Part shown: positions 9,654 through 17,904 of the stretch, piece by piece
How the letters are laid out: each line of letters starts with the position of its first letter
Numbering within the stretch: the first letter of the stretch is position 1
Assembly (NCBI GenBank): GCA_041496545.1
Contig: JBGQET010000003.1
Coordinates: 21,208 to 85,207 of the forward strand
Source of the DNA: Candidatus Binatia bacterium
GTDB lineage: Bacteria > Desulfobacterota > Binatia > DP-6
DNA: 64,000 nucleotides
Direction: 5' to 3'
Position numbers and translations under genes: made by a program
The notes under the pieces: model-generated
Seen by the model: only the letters and a program-made list of their open reading frames with translations
The model's database searches: none
What the model was told of the DNA's origin: nothing

Positions 9654-10421
9654 TCAGCCGAGCATGATCATGCCGCCGTCGACCGGGATGCACTGACCGG
9701 TCACCATCGCCGAGTCGTCGGAGGCGAGCCACACCGCCGTGCCCGTCAGGTCGTCCGGCTCGAGCGGACGGTGGATCGCCATCATGAAGTTGACGATCAT
9801 GCTCATCATGTTTTCGTCGACGATCTGCTTGGTGGCCTCGGTGTTGGTGGGGCCGGGGGCGATGGCGTTGACGCGGATGCCGTACTTGCCGAGGCAGCCG
9901 GCCATGTAGTGCGTCATCGCGTTGATGGCGGCCTTGGTCACGCTGTAGTGGAACGACGGCAGCGCGTCGCCCTCGAACGGGATGTCGGGGTGCATCCAGG
10001 CGGCGGACGACGACTGGTTGATGACCGAGCCGCCGCCGCTCGCCCGCATGTGCGGGAAGACGGCGCGGCACATGAGCCAGGTGCCGAAGTAGTTCACGTC
10101 GAAGATCTTCCGCAGGTAGTCGAAGGTGTGGTTCTGGTTGTCGATGCCGTAGAAGATCGCGGCGTTGTTGAGCAGCACGTCGATGCGCCCGAAGCGGTCC
10201 ACGGCGGCCTTGGCGACGCGCTCGGTGTCGGCCTGGCTCGACACGTCGACGCGCTCGAACACGGCGGCGCCGCCGATCGCGCGCGCGACGGCCTGGCCCT
10301 TCTCGGCGTTGACGTCGGCCACCACCACCTTGGCGCCTTCGCGCGCGAAACGGCGCGCGTACGCCTCGCCGATGCCCTGCCCCGCGCCCGTGACGATCGC
10401 GACCTTGTTCTCGAGCTTCAT
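9654..10421 (-). CDS. SDR family oxidoreductase
   Basis: MKLENKVAIVTGAGQGIG, NNAA, YSVTK motifs. AGAGAGG RBS before the ATG at 10421. Confidence 0.9.
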   Translation of the reverse strand: MKLENKVAIVTGAGQGIGEAYARRFAREGAKVVVADVNAEKGQAVARAIGGAAVFERVDVSSQADTERVAKAAVDRFGRIDVLLNNAAIFYGIDNQNHTFDYLRKIFDVNYFGTWLMCRAVFPHMRASGGGSVINQSSSAAWMHPDIPFEGDALPSFHYSVTKAAINAMTHYMAGCLGKYGIRVNAIAPGPTNTEATKQIVDENMMSMIVNFMMAIHRPLEPDDLTGTAVWLASDDSAMVTGQCIPVDGGMIMLG

Positions 10422-10431
10422 GGGCGCCTCT

Positions 10432-11337
10432 CTACCGCCGCACGCGGCGGCGTGGCAAGGCGTCGAGGAAGCCGCGAAGCGCGCGGCCGACCGCTTGCGG
10501 CTGCACGACCAGAAAGTGGTGCGCCCCGGGGAAGACACGGATCGCGCAGCCGGGCGCGGCCGCCGCGACGTCCCGGCGCTGGTCGGCGTCCATCACCCAG
10601 CTCGTGTCGCCCCCCATGAGCAACGCCGGGCAGTGGAGGCGGCCGAGGATCCCCATCAGATCGCCCGCGCCGTCGCCGTCCAGCTCGAGGACCGCGCGGT
10701 CGAAGCGGAAGGTCCACTCACCCGGCGCACGCTCGACGATCGCGTGGTGCGCGAGGTCGGCGACGATCTCGGCCGCGACGCCGGGCTCGTCGGGCACGAA
10801 GCGGAAGGCGGCGAGCGCCGCGGCGCGCGTCGGATAGGTCCGGCCCGTGCGGCGCCCCGACATGTGGCCGCGCCACGCCGCCGCGAGCGACGGATCGACG
10901 GTGTTGAGCCGGCTGTCGAGGACCACGAGGCCGCGTGCGGTCTCGGGATGGCGCGCTGCACGCCAGAGCGCCACGCGCCCACCCATCGAGTGGCCGACGA
11001 GCGCCGTCGGTCCCGGTGCGAGCGCCGCGAGCACGGCGGACAGGTCCGCGGCGAAATCCTCCATCCGATAGCCCGGCGGCTCGGGCCACGCACTCTCGCC
11101 GTGCCCGCGGAGGTGCGGCACGACCAGACGCCAGCCCGGGACCAGCGCCGGCACCAGCGCGTCCCACCAGTGGGCGTGCGCGCCGTTACCGTGGAGCAGG
11201 ACGGCGACGGGGTCCTCCGCACGGCCCCAGAGGAGACAGCAGAGCGCGAGCCCGCCCGCGTCGACGGTCGCGACCTCCGGCAGGAGCCCGCCGGTGACGG
11301 CGGCGATCCGCGCGCGGCTCTCGGCGGTCAGGTCCAC
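10432..11337 (-). CDS. alpha/beta hydrolase fold protein
   Basis: HG motif (LLHGNGAHAHWW), nucleophile elbow GHSMGG, C-terminal His. Putative GTG start overlaps the upstream gene end by 10 nt. The start is uncertain. Confidence 0.75.
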   Translation of the reverse strand: MDLTAESRARIAAVTGGLLPEVATVDAGGLALCCLLWGRAEDPVAVLLHGNGAHAHWWDALVPALVPGWRLVVPHLRGHGESAWPEPPGYRMEDFAADLSAVLAALAPGPTALVGHSMGGRVALWRAARHPETARGLVVLDSRLNTVDPSLAAAWRGHMSGRRTGRTYPTRAAALAAFRFVPDEPGVAAEIVADLAHHAIVERAPGEWTFRFDRAVLELDGDGAGDLMGILGRLHCPALLMGGDTSWVMDADQRRDVAAAAPGCAIRVFPGAHHFLVVQPQAVGRALRGFLDALPRRRVRR

Positions 11338-12128
11338 AGCGCGTGGAAGGCCGCGACGGCCCGCGGCACGACGGCCTCGTAGCCCTCGCGCTCGATCGCG
11401 GGGCCGATCAGCTCGATGTCCCACCAGCCGGCGTAGCCGGCGTCGGCCAGGGCGCGAACGAGGCGGCGGAGCGGGATGTCCCCGTCGCCGATGACGACCC
11501 GCTCGCTGGCCGCCGTCGTCCCGACCTTGAAGTCGCTCACCTGGACGAGCGCGATACGGTCGGTGCGCTCGCGGATGTTGGCGTAGAGCCCGCGCTCGAT
11601 CCAGGCGTTGTTCAGCTCGAGCACCACGCCGAGCGCGGGCGAGCCGATCGCGTCGACGAAGTCGAGCGCTTCGTCGAGGGAGTGGAGAAAGCCGAGGTCC
11701 ATGCGCAACTGGCTCACCGGCTCCACCGCGAGGCGCACGCCGGCGCGCTCGGCCGCGGGCAGGAGCGCTTCGAAGAGCGGTCGGGCGCGCGCCGCGGCCT
11801 CCTCCCACGCGAGCGCGGGCGCGCCGCCGGGGAGCACCATCAACGTGCCCGCGCCGAGCGTCGCCGCCATCTCGAGATGCCGCCGGACACGCGCCAGCGC
11901 GGCCTGCTCGCCGGCGGCGTCGCCGAGCGGGAACGGTCCCGAGGAGGTGAGGCAGGAGACGGCGAGTCTGGCCGCGCGAAGACGCGCGGCCGCCGCCGCC
12001 ACCCCGACGGCTTCGAGCTTTCGGATGGCGATCCCGATGCCCTCGACGCCGGCGGCGGCGAACGCCTCGACGTCGCGCTCGAAGGGCCACGCGAGCGTCG
12101 TGATCTCGCTCATGGAAACGCGCACCAC
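11328..12128 (-). CDS. sugar phosphate isomerase/epimerase (xylose isomerase-like TIM barrel)
   Basis: AP-endonuclease 2/xylose isomerase-like TIM barrel signature regions (LGAGTLMV, ELNNAW). Start at 12128 or at MSEITT 12113. Confidence 0.8.
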   Translation of the reverse strand: MVRVSMSEITTLAWPFERDVEAFAAAGVEGIGIAIRKLEAVGVAAAAARLRAARLAVSCLTSSGPFPLGDAAGEQAALARVRRHLEMAATLGAGTLMVLPGGAPALAWEEAAARARPLFEALLPAAERAGVRLAVEPVSQLRMDLGFLHSLDEALDFVDAIGSPALGVVLELNNAWIERGLYANIRERTDRIALVQVSDFKVGTTAASERVVIGDGDIPLRRLVRALADAGYAGWWDIELIGPAIEREGYEAVVPRAVAAFHALWT

Positions 12129-12214
12129 GCGGCCGATAGCCGGCGCGGCCGCGGACCGTCAAGCGCACCGCGTATGGAACGCCGCCGGGCCTTCGCGTAT
12201 ACCCCGGCGCTGCG

Positions 12215-12436
12215 GTGCCGGGCGTTCCTCAACGTGATCGCAGGACGAAGGAAGACGATGCCGCCGATCGACGGTGGTTCCTCGTCGTCGTCATCATCTT
12301 CGTGGCGTCGGTCGCGCTCCTACTCGGGGCGCACGCGCTCTACCGCGCGACCGGCCCGCACCCGGAAGTGATGCTGCTCCTCCGCGAGCTCAAGCACGCC
12401 GTGACGCACGCCATCCACCGGCGGCCCCACGGCTGA
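12215..12436 (+). CDS. possible small membrane protein (uncertain)
   Basis: 73-aa ORF with one hydrophobic helix. An alternative overlapping frame from ATG 12258 is preceded by AGGAAG. I cannot decide which frame, if either, is translated. Confidence 0.2.
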   Translation: MPGVPQRDRRTKEDDAADRRWFLVVVIIFVASVALLLGAHALYRATGPHPEVMLLLRELKHAVTHAIHRRPHG

Positions 12437-12452
12437 GCAGAGCACGCGGGTC

Positions 12453-14216
12453 CTAATCGGCGCGCGCCTCGCGCAGCGGCGGCGGGCCGTCGGGTTCGAG
12501 GCGGATGAGCTTGGGGGTCGCGCCCTCGATCTGCCACGCGGGGAGGTTCGAGTTGGAGGTCCAGACCGCGCCGTGGGCGTCGAAGTCGATCTCTCGCGTG
12601 TAGGTCACGCGCGTCGGCAGGGGGTACACGGTGAAGCGCTCGCTCTCCGGCTCGAAGCGGATGAGGGTGTCGGAGGCGGTGCCGCAGATCCAGACCGTGT
12701 CGTTCTTGCGGTCGACGTTGAGGGCATACGGCGTCTCGGTACCGCGCGGCTCGGTGGGGAGCGGCCAGGTCTGGAACTGGCCGGTGTCGGGGTCGTAGCG
12801 GGAGACCACGCCGGAGCTGAAGCCGGGGATCCAGAGCTTGCCGCGCGAGTCGAAGCGCAGGCGGCGGGGGCCGGTGAACGGGGTATCGATGGTCCGCACG
12901 GCGCCGGTCTCGGGGTCGAGGCGGCCGATGCGGCGCTCGTTCAGCTGGCTGAACCAGACGCCGCCGTCGGGCGCGACGTCGATGCCGTAGGGGACGGGCA
13001 GCGGCGGTCCGTCGCCGGCGCGCTCCGGGTCGAGGTCGACGAAGCGGCCGAGCCAGAGCACCCACGGCACGGCGCGGACGGCGACGGTCTCGCCCCAGGT
13101 GCGGGCGGGCAAGTGAAAGGTGCGACGCGCGCCGCTCCGCGGGTCGATCATCCCCACCTGGTTCGAGACGGCGAGCGTGTACCAGGCGCGGCCGCGTCCG
13201 TCGAAGCGCAGGGTGTGCGGATAGAGGCCGTCCTCCTGGACCCAGACGTCGAAGCGCTCGGCGACCGGGTCGAAGCGTGCGATCTTGTTGCCGAGACAGA
13301 GCGTCATCCAGATGGTGCCGTCGGGCGCGACCTGCAGGCTGTGCGGGGCGACGTGCGCGTCCGCGTTGGCGGGGATCGGCTGGCGGGTCGTGAAGACGCC
13401 GCCGAGCGGCGAGTCGCCGCGCGGCAGGTCGAAGGCGCGGCGCTCGCCGGTGACGGGGTCGAGCCGGTAGAGCTTGTCCTGCGTCGTGTCGACCGCGTAC
13501 ACCCGCCCGTCGGGATGGATGGCGAGGTCGTGCTCCATCGAGCCGACGCCGCCGACGTCCCATTCGGTCACGACCGCGTGCGCGGCCGCGGCGGCGGGCG
13601 GCGGCGGAGGCGTGAACGCCTCGCCCAGCGCGGGCACGTAGGACGCCTCGTCGTACGCCGCGTTGAAGGCGCCGGGCAGCGCCGACCGCGTGTGGCTCGA
13701 GAGGACGCCGCCCATGCGCGCCATGAGCGCGAAGATCTTGCGCCACTCCTCCGGGTCGCGCTGCACGCGGGTCGCCCAGCTCCCCTGCTGGTGGCAGAAC
13801 GTGCACTGGCGGAGGAACTCCTCGCGGGCGGTGTCGTCGGGCAGGCGCGGCAGGACGAGGGCGAGCCAGCGGTTCGCCGGCAGCTGCCAGGCGAGCTCGC
13901 GCGGGTCGCGCTCGCGCTCGAGCACGAGCGGCAGCGTGGTGTCCGCGCGCAGCTCGACCGCCGCGGCGCGGTCGCGGAAGCCGGGACGGCGCGCGCGGAC
14001 GTGGTACATCCCGGCCTCGAGCGGCGGCAGCGCCCAGCGTCCGTCGGGCGCGGCGTAGACGGTCGTGTCGCGCGCGAGCGCCACGTGTCGGGCGGTGACG
14101 AGCGCCCCGGCGACGGGACCCCCCGCGTCGTCGGTGACGCGGCCCGCGAGGCGGACGTCGGCGACCGCCGGCGCGGCGGCGAGGCAGGCGAGGACGGCGA
14201 GCGTGCGCGACGTCAT
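12453..14216 (-). CDS. secreted c-type cytochrome fused to carboxypeptidase-regulatory-like domain and Vgb-like (streptogramin lyase-type) beta-propeller
   Basis: Signal peptide MTSRTLAVLACLAAAPAVA. A CarbopepD_reg-like beta-sandwich. CTFCH heme-binding CxxCH motif. Six to seven Vgb/NHL-like blades (PDGxxWxT...IxRxDPxTG). GGGAGGG RBS. ATGA overlap with the upstream lipoprotein gene. Confidence 0.85.
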   Translation of the reverse strand: MTSRTLAVLACLAAAPAVADVRLAGRVTDDAGGPVAGALVTARHVALARDTTVYAAPDGRWALPPLEAGMYHVRARRPGFRDRAAAVELRADTTLPLVLERERDPRELAWQLPANRWLALVLPRLPDDTAREEFLRQCTFCHQQGSWATRVQRDPEEWRKIFALMARMGGVLSSHTRSALPGAFNAAYDEASYVPALGEAFTPPPPPAAAAAHAVVTEWDVGGVGSMEHDLAIHPDGRVYAVDTTQDKLYRLDPVTGERRAFDLPRGDSPLGGVFTTRQPIPANADAHVAPHSLQVAPDGTIWMTLCLGNKIARFDPVAERFDVWVQEDGLYPHTLRFDGRGRAWYTLAVSNQVGMIDPRSGARRTFHLPARTWGETVAVRAVPWVLWLGRFVDLDPERAGDGPPLPVPYGIDVAPDGGVWFSQLNERRIGRLDPETGAVRTIDTPFTGPRRLRFDSRGKLWIPGFSSGVVSRYDPDTGQFQTWPLPTEPRGTETPYALNVDRKNDTVWICGTASDTLIRFEPESERFTVYPLPTRVTYTREIDFDAHGAVWTSNSNLPAWQIEGATPKLIRLEPDGPPPLREARAD

Positions 14217-14698
14217 CGGGAGCCCTCCCCGGCCGGCGGGCCGGCCACCGTGAAGTCGAGCACCTGCGGCTCGCGCTCGCTCACGCGCGCGCGACCGACC
14301 GTCTCCCGGCGCCGGCCGTCGACGTCGACGGTGAGCCGGTACGTCACCTCGCCGGCGGCCGCACCGCACGCCTCGAGGAAGTCCACGCCGACACGGTAGC
14401 GCCCACGGGGTGGGTGAGTCCAGCGCGCGCGCTCGACCCGCACCGCGGCCGGCGGGTCGGCGCAGCGTGCGTCGCGCTCCAGCACGCCGCCGCTCGCCGT
14501 CCTCGGGTTGGCGAAGTAGACGGTCTCGAGGGCCGGGTCGGTCACGTACAGGTCGAGGTCGACGGCCGCGGTCCACGCGAGCGTCACGGTCACGCCCGCG
14601 CTGGGCGCGCCGGGAGCGGGGCCCAGCACGCCGGCGCGCGACGCGCACCCGGCGAGGGCGACGAGCGCGAGAACGCGACGCACGACCGTCTGCATCAC
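14213..14698 (-). CDS. hypothetical lipoprotein
   Basis: Signal peptide with lipobox LAGC. Translationally coupled to the cytochrome-propeller gene. Confidence 0.7.
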   Translation of the reverse strand: MMQTVVRRVLALVALAGCASRAGVLGPAPGAPSAGVTVTLAWTAAVDLDLYVTDPALETVYFANPRTASGGVLERDARCADPPAAVRVERARWTHPPRGRYRVGVDFLEACGAAAGEVTYRLTVDVDGRRRETVGRARVSEREPQVLDFTVAGPPAGEGSR

Positions 14699-14735
14699 CT
14701 TGACGCCTTAAGCGACGCTATGGGTATAAGCCGCC

Positions 14736-15749
14736 ATGCCGAAGCTCAAGCTGCCTCGCGTCGCGCGCACGGCGGAGCCGCTGCCACCCGAGCTGCGCCG
14801 CCTGGCCGACGAGCCACCGTCGTTCACCGTGCTGCTCGGCCGGCGCGAGTTCCTGAAAGCGGCGGGCGTGCTCGCGGCGGCGCTGGCCGTGCCGTTCACC
14901 GGCGTGCGGCGCGCCTACGCCAGGGCCCGCGGCGGCTTCTTCACCCGCCCGGAGCGCGCCACGCTCGAAGCGCTCGTCGACCGCGTCATTCCGCCGGATC
15001 GCGACCCGGGGGCGCGCGCGCTGGGCGTCGCGGTCTACATCGAGCGACTCCTGACCGCCTTCGACGGCGCCGGCACGCCGCCGATCTTCGCCGGCGGCCC
15101 GTTCAGCAACCGCAACCCCTTCCCCGACGAGCGCCGCGGACGGCGGTCGCGTCGCCGGCCGCCGAACGCCTTCAAGCAGTTCATCCCGCTGACGCGACTC
15201 CAGACGCTGCGCTGGCGGGCCGAGATCTTCGGCTCGGCCGCGGTCGCCGGCGCCGGCTTCAACGACGCCGCGCTCGGCCCCTGGCTGGGTCTCCGGCAGA
15301 TCTACCGCGACGGCCTCGCCAAGGTCGATCAGGTGGCGGTCGCCATGAAGGGACGTCCGTTCGCGCGGCTCGCGCGCGGCGACCGCGACGCGGTCCTCGG
15401 CGCCCTCGACCGGGGGCTCTTCCCCGCCGACCGCCGCCGCGGGACGACCTTCCTCGACGTCGTGATCCAGCACACCCTCGAGGGCTCTTTCGCGGCGCCG
15501 GAGTACGGCGGCAACCACCGCGGGCGCGGCTGGCGCCTGGTGCGAATCGAGGGCGACAACCAGCCACTCGGCTATTCGATCTTCTCCACCGACAAGAACG
15601 ACTACAACGAGCGGCCGACGAACCCGATGTCGACGCCGAACCCGGACGAGCTGCGCCACGGCCAGCTCCGCCCGCACCCGATCTCGGCCGACGGCCTCTC
15701 CATCGAGGACGCGATCCTCACGCTCACCGGCCCGTTCGAGAACACCTGA
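14736..15749 (+). CDS. gluconate 2-dehydrogenase subunit 3 family protein (TAT-signal small subunit)
   Basis: Twin-arginine motif RREFLKAAGVLAAALA. Family typical of partner subunits of periplasmic GMC flavoproteins. Stop overlaps the ATG of the next gene (TGATG). Confidence 0.85.
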   Translation: MPKLKLPRVARTAEPLPPELRRLADEPPSFTVLLGRREFLKAAGVLAAALAVPFTGVRRAYARARGGFFTRPERATLEALVDRVIPPDRDPGARALGVAVYIERLLTAFDGAGTPPIFAGGPFSNRNPFPDERRGRRSRRRPPNAFKQFIPLTRLQTLRWRAEIFGSAAVAGAGFNDAALGPWLGLRQIYRDGLAKVDQVAVAMKGRPFARLARGDRDAVLGALDRGLFPADRRRGTTFLDVVIQHTLEGSFAAPEYGGNHRGRGWRLVRIEGDNQPLGYSIFSTDKNDYNERPTNPMSTPNPDELRHGQLRPHPISADGLSIEDAILTLTGPFENT

Positions 15750-17590
15750 TGGCCGACGACCTCCTCGGCGACCGCAGCCGCACGAGCTTCGAGTACTGCA
15801 TCATCGGGAGCGGCGCCGGCGGCGGCAGCGCGGCGCACGTGCTCACGGCCGCCGGCCACAGCGTGCTCGTGCTGGAGGCGGGCCCCAACCCGTTTCCCGG
15901 GCTCGACGATCCGGCGCCGCTCCAGCCTCCACTCCACAGCAACGACGAGCTCAAGTACGCCGTACGCGGCTGGATCGCCCAGGACCCGTTCCTCGAGCCG
16001 CGCACGTTCCGCTCCGATCCGACGGCGAACGCGTCGCTGGAGAAGGACGTCAACGTGCTGCCGCAGGCCGTCGGCGGCGCCTTCCAGCACGCCGACTGCA
16101 AGACGCCGCGCTTCAACGCCGTCGACTTCGCCCTCAAGTCGTCGATGGAGGCGCTGCTCGCGCGCCCCGAGAACGCCGGCCTCACCGTGCCCGGGTTCGG
16201 CGCCGACGCGGCGAGCGCCAACTTCGCGGACTGGCCGTTCGGCTACGACGACCTGGAACCGTTCTACGTCGAGGCGGAGCAGGTCTACGGTGTGCAGGGG
16301 CTCGCGGGCGACAACGTCTACGAGTCGCGGCGGAGCAGGCCCTACCCCATGCCGCCCGGCGTGCCGATGTACATCGCGGAGCTGCTGAAGGAAGGCGCCG
16401 TGCGCACGACGCTCCCGGGCGTCGGCGCGCTCCACCCGCACACGTACCCGGCTGCGATCACCTCGCGCTACTACGGCGCGGCCCCGAGCGAGCGTCCGCC
16501 GTGCGTCGACTGCGGGCTGTGCAGCGGCTTCGGCTGCCCGAACAACGCCAAGGGCTCGCCGGCGGTGACGACGCTCCGCCGTGCGCTCCTCACCGGCCGC
16601 TGCCAGCTCCGCTACAACGCCCACGCGACCAAGCTCCTGAACGACGGCCACCACGTGATCGGCGTCCAGTACGTCGACGCGACCGGCGAGGTGCACGTCG
16701 CCGTGGCCGACCGCTACATCCTCGCCGCCAGCCCGATCGAGTCGGCGCGGCTCTGTCTCAACTCACCGCCGCCGGGCGGCGGCGTGCTCGGCAACTCGAG
16801 CGACCACGTCGGCCAGAACCTCATGTTCCACTTCCAGACGAACGTGAACGGCTTCATGGCGCAGCGGGTGCACGGGCAGCGCGGCCGCGCCGTCACCCAC
16901 GGCTTCTCCGACTTCCGCGGCGTCGAGCCGGGCGGCCAGGCGATCCGCGTGCTGACGGACGGTGCCGGCAACAAGGTCGTCGCCATGGGCGGCATCTGCG
17001 AGTTCAGCGCCTCGCAAGGGCTGCCGATCTCCGAGGACGGGAACACCTACGCCCTCAGCCCGCTCGCCGCGATCGTCAAGGCGCGCTTCGGCCAGAAGCT
17101 CAAGAACGCGCTCCGCGACCTGCCGCTCGGCAATCACCTCCTCGGCCTCACCATGCAGGCCGAGGACGCGCCGCAGTCGACGAACCGCGTGGAGCTCGAT
17201 TCCCGCTACATGGACGTCTTCGGTCAACCCGTTCCGCGCATCACGTACGCCAACCACGCCTACGAGAAGAACGCGCGACGCTTCTACATCCCCTACCTGA
17301 AGCAGGTGGTCGCGAACACGGGCGCGACGCACGTCTTCGTCACGCCCGTGAACCCGCTGCTCGTCGGCCCGCCGAGCTCGCGGCACGTCATGGGCACGCT
17401 GCGCATGGGCGACGACGCGATGCGCTCGGTCGTCAACCCCACGGGACGCTTCTGGGACGTCGACAACCTCTACGCCTGCGACGGCAGCGTCTTCCCGACC
17501 TCGTCGGGCCACAACCCGACGCTCACCATCTTCGCCGTCGCGCTCAAGATCGCGCACGGCCTGGCGGGGACGCCCCCGGGGATCGTCTAG
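15749..17590 (+). CDS. GMC family oxidoreductase (FAD flavoprotein subunit)
   Basis: N-terminal FAD motif IIGSGAGGG. GMC C-terminal active-site region (HxxGTxxMG, NPT). 613 aa. The ORF-track frame is real only from 15749. Confidence 0.9.
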   Translation: MADDLLGDRSRTSFEYCIIGSGAGGGSAAHVLTAAGHSVLVLEAGPNPFPGLDDPAPLQPPLHSNDELKYAVRGWIAQDPFLEPRTFRSDPTANASLEKDVNVLPQAVGGAFQHADCKTPRFNAVDFALKSSMEALLARPENAGLTVPGFGADAASANFADWPFGYDDLEPFYVEAEQVYGVQGLAGDNVYESRRSRPYPMPPGVPMYIAELLKEGAVRTTLPGVGALHPHTYPAAITSRYYGAAPSERPPCVDCGLCSGFGCPNNAKGSPAVTTLRRALLTGRCQLRYNAHATKLLNDGHHVIGVQYVDATGEVHVAVADRYILAASPIESARLCLNSPPPGGGVLGNSSDHVGQNLMFHFQTNVNGFMAQRVHGQRGRAVTHGFSDFRGVEPGGQAIRVLTDGAGNKVVAMGGICEFSASQGLPISEDGNTYALSPLAAIVKARFGQKLKNALRDLPLGNHLLGLTMQAEDAPQSTNRVELDSRYMDVFGQPVPRITYANHAYEKNARRFYIPYLKQVVANTGATHVFVTPVNPLLVGPPSSRHVMGTLRMGDDAMRSVVNPTGRFWDVDNLYACDGSVFPTSSGHNPTLTIFAVALKIAHGLAGTPPGIV

Positions 17591-17904
17591 GGCCGCGGCG
17601 AGCGCATCCGCTGCCAGAGCCAGCGGGTGGCGAAGAAGCCGGCCACCGGGGCGACGGCGGCGCAGTACTTCCAGGGGTAGGGCAGGAAGGCCCAGAGGAG
17701 GATGGTCATCGGGGCGTCGAGGATCCCGAGGGTAAAGCAAAGCCGGTGCCGTCTTGCCAGCCGCCGGAGAGCCGAGCGGCCAGGCCGGCGCGCACGATCA
17801 GGCGGGGCTGCCCGGGTCGGCCAGAGAGGACAAGCGGCGACACGGGTGGGGCCGGACGTCGCGTCCACGATCGTCCGTCCCCCGCCCCGCGCGCGCGCCG
17901 CGCG

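Noticed and set aside
10432-12168. 578-aa minus ORF treated as one gene
   Set aside because: It is a composite. Only the C-terminal roughly 300 aa (alpha/beta hydrolase) are real. The N-terminal part is the out-of-frame shadow of the TIM-barrel gene at 11328..12128.
14414-17590. 1058-aa frame
   Set aside because: It is genuine only from 15749 (GMC oxidoreductase). The upstream portion is antisense to the lipoprotein and cytochrome genes.
17713-17904. Possible structured ncRNA/riboswitch in the 190-nt leader of nadE
   Set aside because: It is GC-rich with some local complementarity, but I could identify no recognisable riboswitch consensus. nadE is not known to be riboswitch-controlled.
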